IMG/VR virus record: IMGVR_UViG_3300021962_000059 | From: a virus | Reading direction: 5' to 3' (one strand) | Length of the DNA: 64,000 nt | Part shown: piece after piece, positions 48,406 to 57,200 of the stretch | Numbering within the stretch: the stretch's first letter is position 1 | How the letters are laid out: every line of letters begins with the position of its first letter | Translations under genes and position numbers: made by a program | The notes under the pieces: model-generated | Told to the model about the DNA's origin: nothing | What the model saw: the letters and a program-made list of their open reading frames with translations, nothing else | Database searches by the model: none

Positions 48406-48861
48406 TTATCTTAGTATATCTAACCCTTGTTTTCTAATTCTTTGAGCGAGGTCTTTATTAAATATCCTTGATTCTTTAATCACAGTAATCTGATTACTTG
48501 GCCAATATTCTAGTAGAAAATCAAAGACCTCAATAGAAGTTGTGCGTATTCTAGCTTCTTTGCTATACCCTTCTAATAATCGGTAAAAAAGGAACAGTCC
48601 ACTAAGCAGGTCTTTTTCGATTACCCAAAATGTTAATTTAATCAATGTACTGTTAACTTGCCAGTGTTTTAGTAATTGACATAGTTTTGTTTCCTCTAGT
48701 TGCCAATAAGTAAAAAAATCTAAAACATTAGATATTACTGGGCAGTCGCTTCTACCTATGAAATCAGATACTAAGGCATCGATTGCCTCTAGAGACTGAC
48801 ACATCCCGATAGAAGCAATCGATAACCCCTCTAGTTTATATCCTGAGATAATTTGTAACAT
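48406..48861 (-). CDS. Hypothetical protein
   Basis: 151-aa ORF; no motif recognised. Confidence 0.45.
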   Translation of the reverse strand: MLQIISGYKLEGLSIASIGMCQSLEAIDALVSDFIGRSDCPVISNVLDFFTYWQLEETKLCQLLKHWQVNSTLIKLTFWVIEKDLLSGLFLFYRLLEGYSKEARIRTTSIEVFDFLLEYWPSNQITVIKESRIFNKDLAQRIRKQGLDILR

Positions 48862-48874
48862 GGTTTTGTTTTGT

Positions 48875-49162
48875 TTATTCTTTATAGTTGTTGATAGTTT
48901 CCCAGAAATGAATTTTTGTTGTTGATTTATTGTTTTTAAGTATTAGCTTTCGCCAGCAGTAAAAGCTTTCAAAAAAAATATCCCATCCATGAGGAACGTC
49001 AACAAAAATATTATCTAAAATGATAGGTAAATACCTTTCAACAAGATTGCGTATTGTCAAGATTAAAGAGCGTGGTTTTATTCCCATTTCTTTTAGTTCT
49101 GTTTTGGTCAGTTTCTTTTTTAAGAATTGATTGATCTTTTTATCTAGTTGTGTTTGATTCAT
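48875..49162 (-). CDS. PF3 member
   Basis: 95 aa. RYLPIILDNIFVDVPHGWDIFFESFYCWRKLILKNN. Confidence 0.55.
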   Translation of the reverse strand: MNQTQLDKKINQFLKKKLTKTELKEMGIKPRSLILTIRNLVERYLPIILDNIFVDVPHGWDIFFESFYCWRKLILKNNKSTTKIHFWETINNYKE

Positions 49163-49223
49163 TGTTTTTTGGAGTTACTATTTAGTTTAATCTTAATAGG
49201 GTTTAAGTTTAATTGTTTTTATT

Positions 49224-49254
49224 AAAAACCGTAAGGCTAAACCCTACGGTTTTT
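49224..49254. terminator. Intrinsic terminator (functional for the minus strand; bidirectional shape)
   Basis: AAAAA-CCGTAAGG-CTAAA-CCCTACGG-TTTTT, with one A.C mismatch in the stem. Confidence 0.6.
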
Positions 49255-49286
49255 AATCTGTCACTGTAAAGACTTAATAAATTGGT

Positions 49287-49799
49287 TTAACCGCCAATCC
49301 CCACGGGTTGAGGTACAGGCTGAGGTTTACTTAAGTCTCTAACTACCAGGGGATTTTCTACTAAATAAATAGCGTGTTTTAGTTTAGCCGATGCTAATTG
49401 TGCAGATTCTAAGCATCTGCGTTGAGTTTCTGTTAGTTCATTTTTGTTGATATGTGTAGTTAATTTGTCTCCATATCGAATTAATAACCGTTTAGTCTGT
49501 TGTTCTCTTTCCCGTAAATAATCGACTGCTGATTGTCCATAGAGTAATTCAATTCCGTAGTCACTTTGTTTGCAAACTACTTTCTCGTTACGCTCTTTTT
49601 GAAAATAGTTTTCTATCCAATTCATCCGATTATGTAGCTTAGGACCATAAGAAGCATTCGATGGACTGCATCCTACCCAGTGAGACTGCTGTAATACTTC
49701 AAAAGGAATGATTTGACCTCTTTGGATATTTTCTATGTCTTGAATTCTTTTTTGCCGATTTTGTTTTTTCAGTTCTGCAATTAGTTCGTTAGCGTCCAT
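49287..49799 (-). CDS. Hypothetical protein immediately downstream of the pentamer tract
   Basis: The start is taken at MDANELIAELKKQ (49799). The track's N-terminal extension (to 49856) is translated from the repeat tract. Confidence 0.5.
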   Translation of the reverse strand: MDANELIAELKKQNRQKRIQDIENIQRGQIIPFEVLQQSHWVGCSPSNASYGPKLHNRMNWIENYFQKERNEKVVCKQSDYGIELLYGQSAVDYLREREQQTKRLLIRYGDKLTTHINKNELTETQRRCLESAQLASAKLKHAIYLVENPLVVRDLSKPQPVPQPVGIGG

Positions 49800-49821
49800 T
49801 GTTTTCTCTTGATAATAAAGA

Positions 49822-50572
49822 ACCCCTACCCTAACCATGCCACAATACCCTACCAAGCCTTACCAAACCATACCATGCCTAACCAGACCTAACCTTACCA
49901 AGCCACAATACCTTACCCCGCTAAACCAAACCATGCCAAGCCTTAATACCCTGCCTGACCCCACCAAACCTTACCACACCAAACCTCACCGGACTTCACC
50001 TCACCACGCCAGACCGAACCTAACCTTACCCCACCTTACCGAACCTCGCCATACTCCACCACGCCGTACCATGCCTCAATACCCTACCTTACCTCACCCT
50101 ACCAAACCGAACCTCACCTGACCCCACCAAGCCTCGCCAAGCCCCACCAAACCTCAATACCCCACCTCACCTTACCCCGCTAAACCAAGCCATGCCAAAC
50201 CTTAATACCCTACCATGCCTTACCTGACCACACCGGACTCTACCACACCAGACCACACCGGACCTCACCACACCGGACCAAACCCTACCTCAATGCCCTA
50301 CCAAACCTCACCCCACCTTACCTCAATACCCTACCTTGCCCGACCTAACCTGACCTTACCCCACCGAACCTTACCAAACCAGACCCCACCTGACTTGACC
50401 TTGCATTACCCGACCTTACCTCACCTCGCCTAACCATACCTCAATACCCTGCCACACCTCACCCTACCTTACCTCACCATGCCAGACCAAACCACAATAC
50501 CCTACCATACCCGTCCTAACCTAACCTCACCTGACCTTAGCGTACCGTACCATGCCTTACCTCAATACCACA
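49822..50572. repeat. Strictly phased degenerate pentanucleotide tract, NN(A/G)CC on + / GGTNN on -, with 11 punctuation motifs
   Basis: I parsed the whole tract by hand into consecutive pentamers without a single indel. The punctuation YYAAT+ACC (consensus CAATACCCTRCC) starts at 49844, 49907, 49945, 50078, 50156, 50204, 50292, 50325, 50443, 50496 and 50564. All ten spacings have the form 8+5n. The + strand is strongly G-poor. Confidence 0.9.
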
Positions 50573-50576
50573 GATT

Positions 50577-50596
50577 AAGGGGCATTAAAGCCCCTT
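50577..50596. terminator. GC hairpin after the stop of 50603..51277
   Basis: AAGGGGC-ATTAAA-GCCCCTT. There is no clear U-run on the minus strand, so terminator function is uncertain. Confidence 0.35.
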
Positions 50597-50602
50597 GATT
50601 AA

Positions 50603-51277
50603 TTAAGCAGCTATATCATAGAAGCCAAGCATATTGAATTGTAGGACTTTAAACTTACCAAATTTAACACGAAAGTCACCAATCCCAATACGACGACCAG
50701 CATCGACAATGAAGTTTTTTACTGAGTCAACGTCGATCAATGAAGTATCAATCAAGAGAGACGCAGCACCGACATAACCGCTAGGGATTCTTACTCGGTT
50801 TCTCATGATTTTAGAAGTACCAATCCGAACGGATCGACAATCAACGAATCTGCCATAGGGGTCTTCCCACATTTCAGAAGCGTCTTTTGTACCTTCGTAA
50901 TCTAAGATTATTAACTCATCATCTACCTGAGTAACAGATTGACTAACTTGTTTGCCCATTTTAGAAGCTTTAGCGGCCTCTTGAATAGACCTGATTAAAT
51001 ACTCTGTAGGGACGGCGGGATTGCCGTATCCTTCAAAAACAAAGTCTTCCCCTTGTAAGTAGCATCGCCCTTCTGTTGCCCAAACACCAGAATTTAACCA
51101 ATCAGCTTTTTCCATCGAAGCTAATACATATTCAGTTTTAGCTTTTCCTCTTCGATTCTTAATTGGTTCAATTGTTTTATTTACTTGATTTTTGGGATTC
51201 ATACCAGCAGACGAATGCAAAAGCAGGTCTGTTGTTCCTTGTATCTGAACTTCGATAATTTTTAGATTGCTAGTCAT
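50603..51277 (-). CDS. Hypothetical protein immediately upstream of the pentamer tract
   Basis: 224-aa ORF downstream of the promoter at 51332..51361; no secure motif. Confidence 0.5.
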   Translation of the reverse strand: MTSNLKIIEVQIQGTTDLLLHSSAGMNPKNQVNKTIEPIKNRRGKAKTEYVLASMEKADWLNSGVWATEGRCYLQGEDFVFEGYGNPAVPTEYLIRSIQEAAKASKMGKQVSQSVTQVDDELIILDYEGTKDASEMWEDPYGRFVDCRSVRIGTSKIMRNRVRIPSGYVGAASLLIDTSLIDVDSVKNFIVDAGRRIGIGDFRVKFGKFKVLQFNMLGFYDIAA

Positions 51278-51331
51278 GTGGAAAATCTTCCTGAAATTGT
51301 AAGTATAGGTAACTTACGTTAACTATACTTA

Positions 51332-51361
51332 AATATACCATAAGCTTTATAGAAATGTCAA
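51332..51361 (-). promoter_or_regulatory. Sigma70-type promoter TTGACA-N18-TATATT
   Basis: It is part of a ~45-bp block duplicated at 52041..52084. Confidence 0.55.
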
Positions 51362-51419
51362 GTAAGAAGTCTAAAGATTTTGCTTTAACAGTCCTATCGC
51401 CACAGGGCTTCCCTGATAT

Positions 51420-51686
51420 TTAATCATCTCCCCAGTCTGGGTAGTATTGCAAATAGACAGCTTGTCGCTCGGTAGCCTGCTTTTCAAGTTTTTCAATTTT
51501 TTCATCGTCAAAACCATGCTCCCAAATTAGAGAATCAAGAAACTGGTCTTCTTTCTCTATAAACAATTCCTTCTTAACCATGAAATCTTGGCAACCATAA
51601 GACATCCCTCCGCTTTTCCCTATAAAAATAAGCGCATTGTCTTCAACGGTCGCCAAAAGCTCTTTTAATTGTTTTGCAGTAATCAT
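51420..51686 (-). CDS. Hypothetical protein
   Basis: The start is taken at MITAKQLKEL (51686), preceded by an AGGAGA SD. Confidence 0.5.
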   Translation of the reverse strand: MITAKQLKELLATVEDNALIFIGKSGGMSYGCQDFMVKKELFIEKEDQFLDSLIWEHGFDDEKIEKLEKQATERQAVYLQYYPDWGDD

Positions 51687-51708
51687 TTTGCGTCTCCTGA
51701 ATGAAAAA

Positions 51709-52023
51709 CTAATTCTTATCAATAAAAAGAGGAAACCCTATAGCTTCCCAGCATTCTAATAGTCTCGGTACGTCAACAGTCTGAACCGTATAATTTGATC
51801 CTGTATTAGCAATGAGAAATTTTTGAAAAATTTCTGGGGCGATATAAACGCTAAGGCTGGGAACATCGGCATGATTTGAAAACAAATTACCAGACTTTTC
51901 GGCTAATTCAGAGGTAATCCCAACTGAAATATCGGTTATCAGCAATTCTTGATAAACTGAATCGCTTTCATTAGGAAAAACCCATGCAATAAATCTAACA
52001 ATATAATCAGGTTTTGCATTCAT
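51709..52023 (-). CDS. Hypothetical protein
   Basis: 104-aa ORF, the first gene after the promoter at 52055..52084. Confidence 0.5.
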   Translation of the reverse strand: MNAKPDYIVRFIAWVFPNESDSVYQELLITDISVGITSELAEKSGNLFSNHADVPSLSVYIAPEIFQKFLIANTGSNYTVQTVDVPRLLECWEAIGFPLFIDKN

Positions 52024-52054
52024 AAATATTTAAAGTAGTGCTAAACTATACTTA

Positions 52055-52084
52055 AATCTACCATAAGCCTACTAGAAATGTCAA
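52055..52084 (-). promoter_or_regulatory. Sigma70-type promoter TTGACA-N18-TAGATT
   Basis: Its -35 overlaps the ATG (52078) of the + strand RHH ORF. Confidence 0.55.
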
Positions 52085-52218
52085 ATAAAAATTATTATCC
52101 TCTTAATGTCCGTACCTCGTTACCTGAATCTGAAAGACTAAAAAAATACTGTAATTCCCAAAAGCGGTCAATAACCGAGGTCGTCCGGGAATTAATTAGA
52201 AGTTTACCTGATGACTAA
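52078..52218 (+). CDS. Small ribbon-helix-helix protein (46 aa)
   Basis: Hand-translated: MSNKNYYPLNVRTSLPESERLKKYCNSQKRSITEVVRELIRSLPDD, which follows a beta-strand/helix/helix pattern. It ends at the bidirectional terminator. Confidence 0.5.
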   Translation: MSNKNYYPLNVRTSLPESERLKKYCNSQKRSITEVVRELIRSLPDD

Positions 52219-52250
52219 TACTTAAGGATGTTATCGGGATAGCCAATATT

Positions 52251-52280
52251 AAAAGTGCCAGTCTGTGAACTGGCACTTTT
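52251..52280. terminator. Bidirectional intrinsic terminator
   Basis: A perfect 12-bp stem AAAAGTGCCAGT / ACTGGCACTTTT with the loop CTGTGA, between convergent genes. Confidence 0.85.
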
Positions 52281-52283
52281 AAT

Positions 52284-53030
52284 TTATTCTCCGATTAATA
52301 GTTGACGGTTTCTAGCCTTAGAAAAAAGTTGCTTAACTTCCTTAAGGTTTTCGGTAGGGATGTAGGACGCTTGATTAACCCTTAACCCCTGACACACTAA
52401 ATGAGAGTGTCCATTTTTTTCTAGCCAACGCTCTAACTCTTTTCCAGACTTGAATCCTAGTTCTTTCCCTAACTCAGCAGTAGAGCGACCCTCAAAACTG
52501 ACATTCCGTCCGTTTTTACAGATAATTGTTTCAGTGACTTTTTCAACCTTCTCTATGACAATATCTGGACGGCCATCCAACAAGGCTAAAACCTCAGCAC
52601 CATGAATTAGTCGAATTGCGTCACGCCGATCCATGTAGTAGGTTTTAGCCTTTGTGAGTTCTAACTCAAGTTCTAATTCCCGAATACGCCCACTTTGAGC
52701 GGGGATTACTTCTTTGATGATTTGTTTTGCCTTTTCAAACCCATCAACCAGCTTTTCCTTGCAGTCTAAGACTTGTTCCGTATTACGAGAAAAAGTCATT
52801 AATAAGGTAGCTTGGTATTCGTTTAAGTAACAGTAAGAAACTTCATAAGTCCCTCCCTGTGGACGTTTCACCACGTCGATTTCAAATCGCACTGGTTCTT
52901 TTCGCTCTAAACGGTCAAGATGTTTCTTGATTGTCTTAAGTAAAGTTGCGTGTTCAATCCCCAACTCATCAGCAATCAAACGAGAATCGACGACAAGACA
53001 ATCATTCTGTGATACTATTTCAATAGCCAT
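52284..53030 (-). CDS. Rha-family phage regulatory protein (N-terminal) with an unknown C-terminal domain
   Basis: 248 aa. VVDSRLIADELGIEHATLLKTIKKHLDRLE resembles the Rha N-terminal motif (vsSr.iAe.fgk.H..vlr.I). It has an AGGAGG SD. Confidence 0.55.
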   Translation of the reverse strand: MAIEIVSQNDCLVVDSRLIADELGIEHATLLKTIKKHLDRLERKEPVRFEIDVVKRPQGGTYEVSYCYLNEYQATLLMTFSRNTEQVLDCKEKLVDGFEKAKQIIKEVIPAQSGRIRELELELELTKAKTYYMDRRDAIRLIHGAEVLALLDGRPDIVIEKVEKVTETIICKNGRNVSFEGRSTAELGKELGFKSGKELERWLEKNGHSHLVCQGLRVNQASYIPTENLKEVKQLFSKARNRQLLIGE

Positions 53031-53206
53031 ATTGGCCTCCTATTCAGGTAATGTGGTTAGTCCCCCGTTAGTACCGGGGGCATTACTACAATTGTACCAT
53101 CTCACATAGTTGCTTGACGATTCTAGTCAGTAAGAAGAAATAGTCAGGGAGAGAGGATTAAGATAATCCCCTCTCTTTTTTAGTGTCCTGTACTGGTAGC
53201 CATTGT

Positions 53207-53461
53207 TAGATTGTAAATAGATTGTAGATATTGCTATTAACAATAAAACCCTTGATATATATAGCTTCTAGACTTTGTAGATACTGTTGACACTATCCCC
53301 CGATATTATTTTTTATGCTCTTATTGTTGAGACTGTCTCCTCTCTTTACTCTATTTTCTTTTTTTCCTGTATAGAGCATCAACGGCATCTACAAAGTCTG
53401 AAATCTAGACAGGGTAAAGGTTTCGATTGTAGATAGGGTTATCTACAATCTATCTACAATC
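53207..53461. repeat. Iteron / inverted-repeat element, copy B (~250 bp)
   Basis: It begins with GATTGTAAATA-GATTGTAGATA. It ends with the perfect palindrome GATTGTAGATA-GGGT-TATCTACAATC followed by a further TATCTACAAT. A 13-bp long-range inverted repeat AGACTTTGTAGAT (53270..82) / ATCTACAAAGTCT (53387..99) is present. It shares the blocks CCTTGATATATATAG and CTATCCCCCGATATTATTTTTT with copy A. Confidence 0.75.
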
Positions 53462-53483
53462 CAACTTCCCGCGGTATTGCCTC

Positions 53484-53794
53484 TTAGTTGCGAGGAAAAA
53501 ACTCTGGACATCTGTTTTCAAGGGCATTCATCATAACTTTCCTTGTTGAGAGCCTTACTGCTTCGTCATGCAAAATATCCGTTATTTCCGATCCTACACC
53601 GGGACCTATATACATTCTTCTTTCATTTTGATAAACAGCATCCTTAATCGCTCCCATAGTTTCCCCTAGTGTCCATCCAGATTTAAGATAGTCACAGGTT
53701 CTTTTCTCAAGTATCTCTTGAGTCTGTTGTCAAGAGACAGTGCCACGGTAGGCATCATTCCTAAAAGCAATAAGCTTAAAGCAATCTTTCTCAT
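53484..53794 (-). pseudogene. Frameshifted gene for a small signal-peptide protein
   Basis: Frame 1 reads MRKIALSLLLLGMMPTVALSLDNRLKRYLRKEPVTILNLDGH*. A second frame is open from QQTQEILEKRTCDYLKSGWTLGETMGAIKDAVYQNERRMYIGPGVGSEITDILHDEAVRLSTRKVMMNALENRCPEFFPRN*. The span is 311 nt, which is not a multiple of 3. Confidence 0.4.
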
Positions 53795-53812
53795 CGAGGT
53801 TGTGGTAATTTT

Positions 53813-54247
53813 CTAAGATTTTACCACTCCCGAAACAGGTACTCGATAAACCAGTACAGGTGGGTACTCATGGATATAGGTTTTAATCACGCCATTTATT
53901 GAGTCGGCGTGAATATATTCCCCGTCGCCCAAATAGATGCCCACATGACCATTTATGCCTGATTTGCGAAAGACTAAAACATCTCCCTTGTCTAGACTAC
54001 CTTCTACTCTTATCAGAATACTCTCAATAAATCTCACTAAGAAGTTGTTCCTAGGAATGCGTTCGTAGTTTTCGATGATGAAATCGTAGGGTAAGAATCC
54101 GACTTTAATCCCCACGCCAGCGATAAATCCTACGCAATCGGTTCCAATACCTTTGAGGGATTGACCATGAAACCAGGGAGTACCAAGCCACTCGATAGCC
54201 TCGGTAACAATTTGATTAGCTAAAGAATCGTTTTTTAGTTCGTTCAT
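53813..54247 (-). CDS. NlpC/P60 (C40) cell-wall peptidase, RcGTA g14 / lambda K-like
   Basis: 144 aa. LGTPWFHGQSLKGIGTDCVGFIAGV (catalytic Cys) and GHVGIYLGDGEYIHA (His). It overlaps the tape measure stop by 32 nt. Confidence 0.8.
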   Translation of the reverse strand: MNELKNDSLANQIVTEAIEWLGTPWFHGQSLKGIGTDCVGFIAGVGIKVGFLPYDFIIENYERIPRNNFLVRFIESILIRVEGSLDKGDVLVFRKSGINGHVGIYLGDGEYIHADSINGVIKTYIHEYPPVLVYRVPVSGVVKS

Positions 54248-57200
54248 TTTGTGCGTTTTCCCGTTCTTTCAATTGATTTAAACTATAACCCATATCATTT
54301 CGTGATTCTACAGTAACGTTGTTAGTGTTATTGATTACTAAAGATTGATTAGAACTATTGTTATTTGAGGTTGTGGAATAGTTAGGTTTACCTCCGACAA
54401 ATCCCCCGTTAGCATAATTTTTAATAGGAGCGTTATTTCTGTATTCTAGATAGGCTTCTGTCTCTTTAGGGTTAAGAACTAACTCATCTTCATTGGCTAC
54501 GATTAAGCGAGGTTTTCGACCGCCACTCATCGCTCGTTCGCGTTGGAAAGCTGAAATGATGTTTTTCTCTATCGGAGCGTTAGCTTTACCTACTTTTCCA
54601 CCATCACTAAAAAGGCTAAATCCTGTACCTAGAGAAAAGGCAGAAGCCGGAGTAGAAGCAAAACCAGATGGGGCTATACTACCAAGTAAACCAATCGAAC
54701 CAAGTCCGCCTAGTCCTCCACTAAAAACTCCTGTTATTCCGCTAAGTAGCCCATTAAATAAGCCACCGCCGCCACCTCCCCCAAAGATAGAAGAAAAGAT
54801 GTTACCTACTGGTTTAAAAATACTGTTTAGGGCATTAGCAAAGAAGTTACCTACTGGCCCGATGATTGCATTAAATACCGATTCAAATGCCTGAGTAATT
54901 GGTTTAGTGAATCCATCGATAGCAGAAGTTAAAGCATCGATAGCAGGCTTGGTAATACCCTCAACAAATTTTGTCATGATATTTAATCCAAGACTACTGA
55001 AAGCTGATCCTATTCCTTTTCCTTCTCTAATATCAGAGAAAAAGCTTTCAGCCGCGTTACGATTTGGAGATGTGTCTAATGCTACTCGCTCTAATCTTAA
55101 TTCTGCAAGTTTTTCCCATTCCGAGCGGATATTAGCTACATATTCAGCGTATTCTGGTAATCCTTCATAAACTTGAAGATAATCTTCTAGTTCTTCTTTT
55201 TCTTTTTGTAGGCTAATACGTTCGGCAAGGATAGCAGAATCGTCAAATAATCCAGAACCAGATTGAAATTCTAGTCGCATTCTTTGGATAGTTAAATCAT
55301 TTAACCGGTCGCGAATACTTCTGACTGTATCTCTGGTTCTTCTGAATGATGCTTCCAAGGTAGCCGCTCCCTGATTTCTACCTAATTGTTCAATTGCTTG
55401 ATCGAGGATCGCTACCTGTTCTTTAGCCAATTCAGCGTTTTTAGCTAAAACCTCAATACTATCTGTCATTTCTTTGACAAATTCAGGGGGAAGGGCTATA
55501 CCTTCTCTTTGGAATTCCCCTAAGATTTCTTTTATTGCGTCGCTGTATTTTTGTTGGGCATCGGCATTTAAAAGCAAAGTCCGTCGCTGGTCTTCTAGTG
55601 ATTCAATCTGAGAGCGATATTGTCGAGAGACTTCTGTGGCACTCTTATTAATTTCCTCTTGTACTGTCAGATACCCTTTAGAATTGATAGTCAAGTCAGC
55701 GACATTTTCAGAAGCATCTCTTAAGGTCCGTTCTAATGTACGGGCATCCTCTTCTTGTTGTCGTCTAAATCTGATTGATCTGTCAAGAGCATTGTTTAGA
55801 TTTTGTTGCTCTTCTAATCGTCTTAAAAACTCCTGACTGTTTCGTTCGGCTATTTCAGCATTGCGAATTTGATCAGCCGCCGTGCCAAGATTAGCCGTAG
55901 GGAGATTAGGAACGGGGGGTAAATTAGGATTCTGGAAGTTAATCGGATTATCTTTAAGAACTGGCGGTAAATCGGCATCCCAGAAATCATCTTGATTTTG
56001 ATTAGGTAAAGTCGGTAATTGGGCTATGGACGGGGGAGATGGTAGCTCTTGAGCTATAGATGGGGGACTGCTAAATTCTGGGCCACCTTGACCGCCGCGA
56101 CTTGTTTGTTTGCCGTCAAGATCGACAAACATTGAATTAGCCCCTGATTGAACTACCCAGTTAGCGATTTTTGCAATTTGATTGGGATCGGTAAAAACAA
56201 GGCATCCCGCACTGCCAAGCTGTAAATCGTCTAAATGGAATCCGATTTGTGATCTCCCAGTAGAGAACTTTGGTTCGGCTCCTATCCACGCAGGACCAAC
56301 AGTTCCTAGCGGAATTTGGCTAGGTTTATAATTTGCAAGCTGTCCAGAATTAAATTGTCGAAGATAACGAGATGCGTGGTTAGCGTCAACAGACCAATTG
56401 CCGTCAGGCAGTGGAGTTTCACTGCCACGAATATTGGTTCTATTAGTTCCAATTGCAGACTGCGTTGATGGTCTTCCTGTTACTCCTCCGATTACTGTAT
56501 CTACTACTTTTCCGTCTTTGATTAAATCAAATTGAAGTATCTCTAGTCCTTCTGGTGTTCTCTGTCCAGATTTTCTTACTAGGATATTTGATCCTTTTTG
56601 TAGATTTTGCGGTAATTGTAATGCACTGGGGACAACTGGACTTTGAGAAGGGACATTAGCGCCTTGACCGCCTTGATTCCTTCTGATTTGTTGAACACGG
56701 TTTAATGCCCCGCTATTAGCAGGATTGTCGTTATATTGCAGTGCTTCTAGTTCAGATTGAGTACGGGGAGCATTTGGTTGATATTTTCGTAAAGACTGTT
56801 CATAAACTTTTAACAGGTCTTCCATCCGTTTCATGCCTTGCCCTGGGTAATTAGCCCCTGGGAAAGATGCCCATTCTTTGCGGGTTGCGTTAATTGCCCC
56901 ACGAATATCCCCTTTAAGAAGCTCGTCTAAACCACCTCTCATTAAAATACGGCTTAAGGCTACTAAATCTTGAGAGACGGGAGAGAAGTCTTTTAACCCT
57001 AATTTTGATTTTTCTTCATCCCATGTAAAATCCATAATCTGGTATCTTCCAGATGCAGAGGAACTGGTTGATCCAAACGGGATTCTTTGACGTGGATGAT
57101 CCGCAAAAGAACTAAATTGTCCATGTCCAAAAAGGGTGTTATATCCCTTATTTGGCATATTAGCAGTACCTTCTGCATAAGCAATAGTATCAAGGAAAGC

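Noticed and set aside
49837-50433. The + strand ORFs 49837..50121 and 50215..50433 encode proline-rich xPxxT pentapeptide-like repeats.
   Set aside because: They are the automatic translation of a 5-nt periodic, stop-poor C/A-rich strand, since 15 nt equals 5 codons. They have no SD or promoter, they are broken into pieces by TAA in CCTAACC/CTTAAT units, and they run opposite to all neighbouring genes. I treat them as non-coding unless conservation at the protein level is shown.
49822-50572. The C-rich, G-poor + strand of the pentamer tract as a giant Rho utilisation (rut) site.
   Set aside because: The composition fits a rut site, but cyanobacteria are generally reported to lack a Rho homologue. 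No + strand transcription unit enters the tract.
50603-51277. The N-terminal IEVQIQGTTDLLLHS and C-terminal RRIGIGDFRVKFGKFKV loosely recall RAMP/Cas7-type strand and glycine-rich-loop motifs.
   Set aside because: These are two short, degenerate resemblances with no CRISPR context. That is far too weak without profile or structure searches, so the gene is left as hypothetical.
53113-53140. The + strand sequence cTTGACGATTCTAGTCAGTAAGAAG, which resembles the consensus promoter context.
   Set aside because: The spacing from the -35 to the TAAGAA element is only 11 nt, and no acceptable -10 occurs at 16-19 nt.
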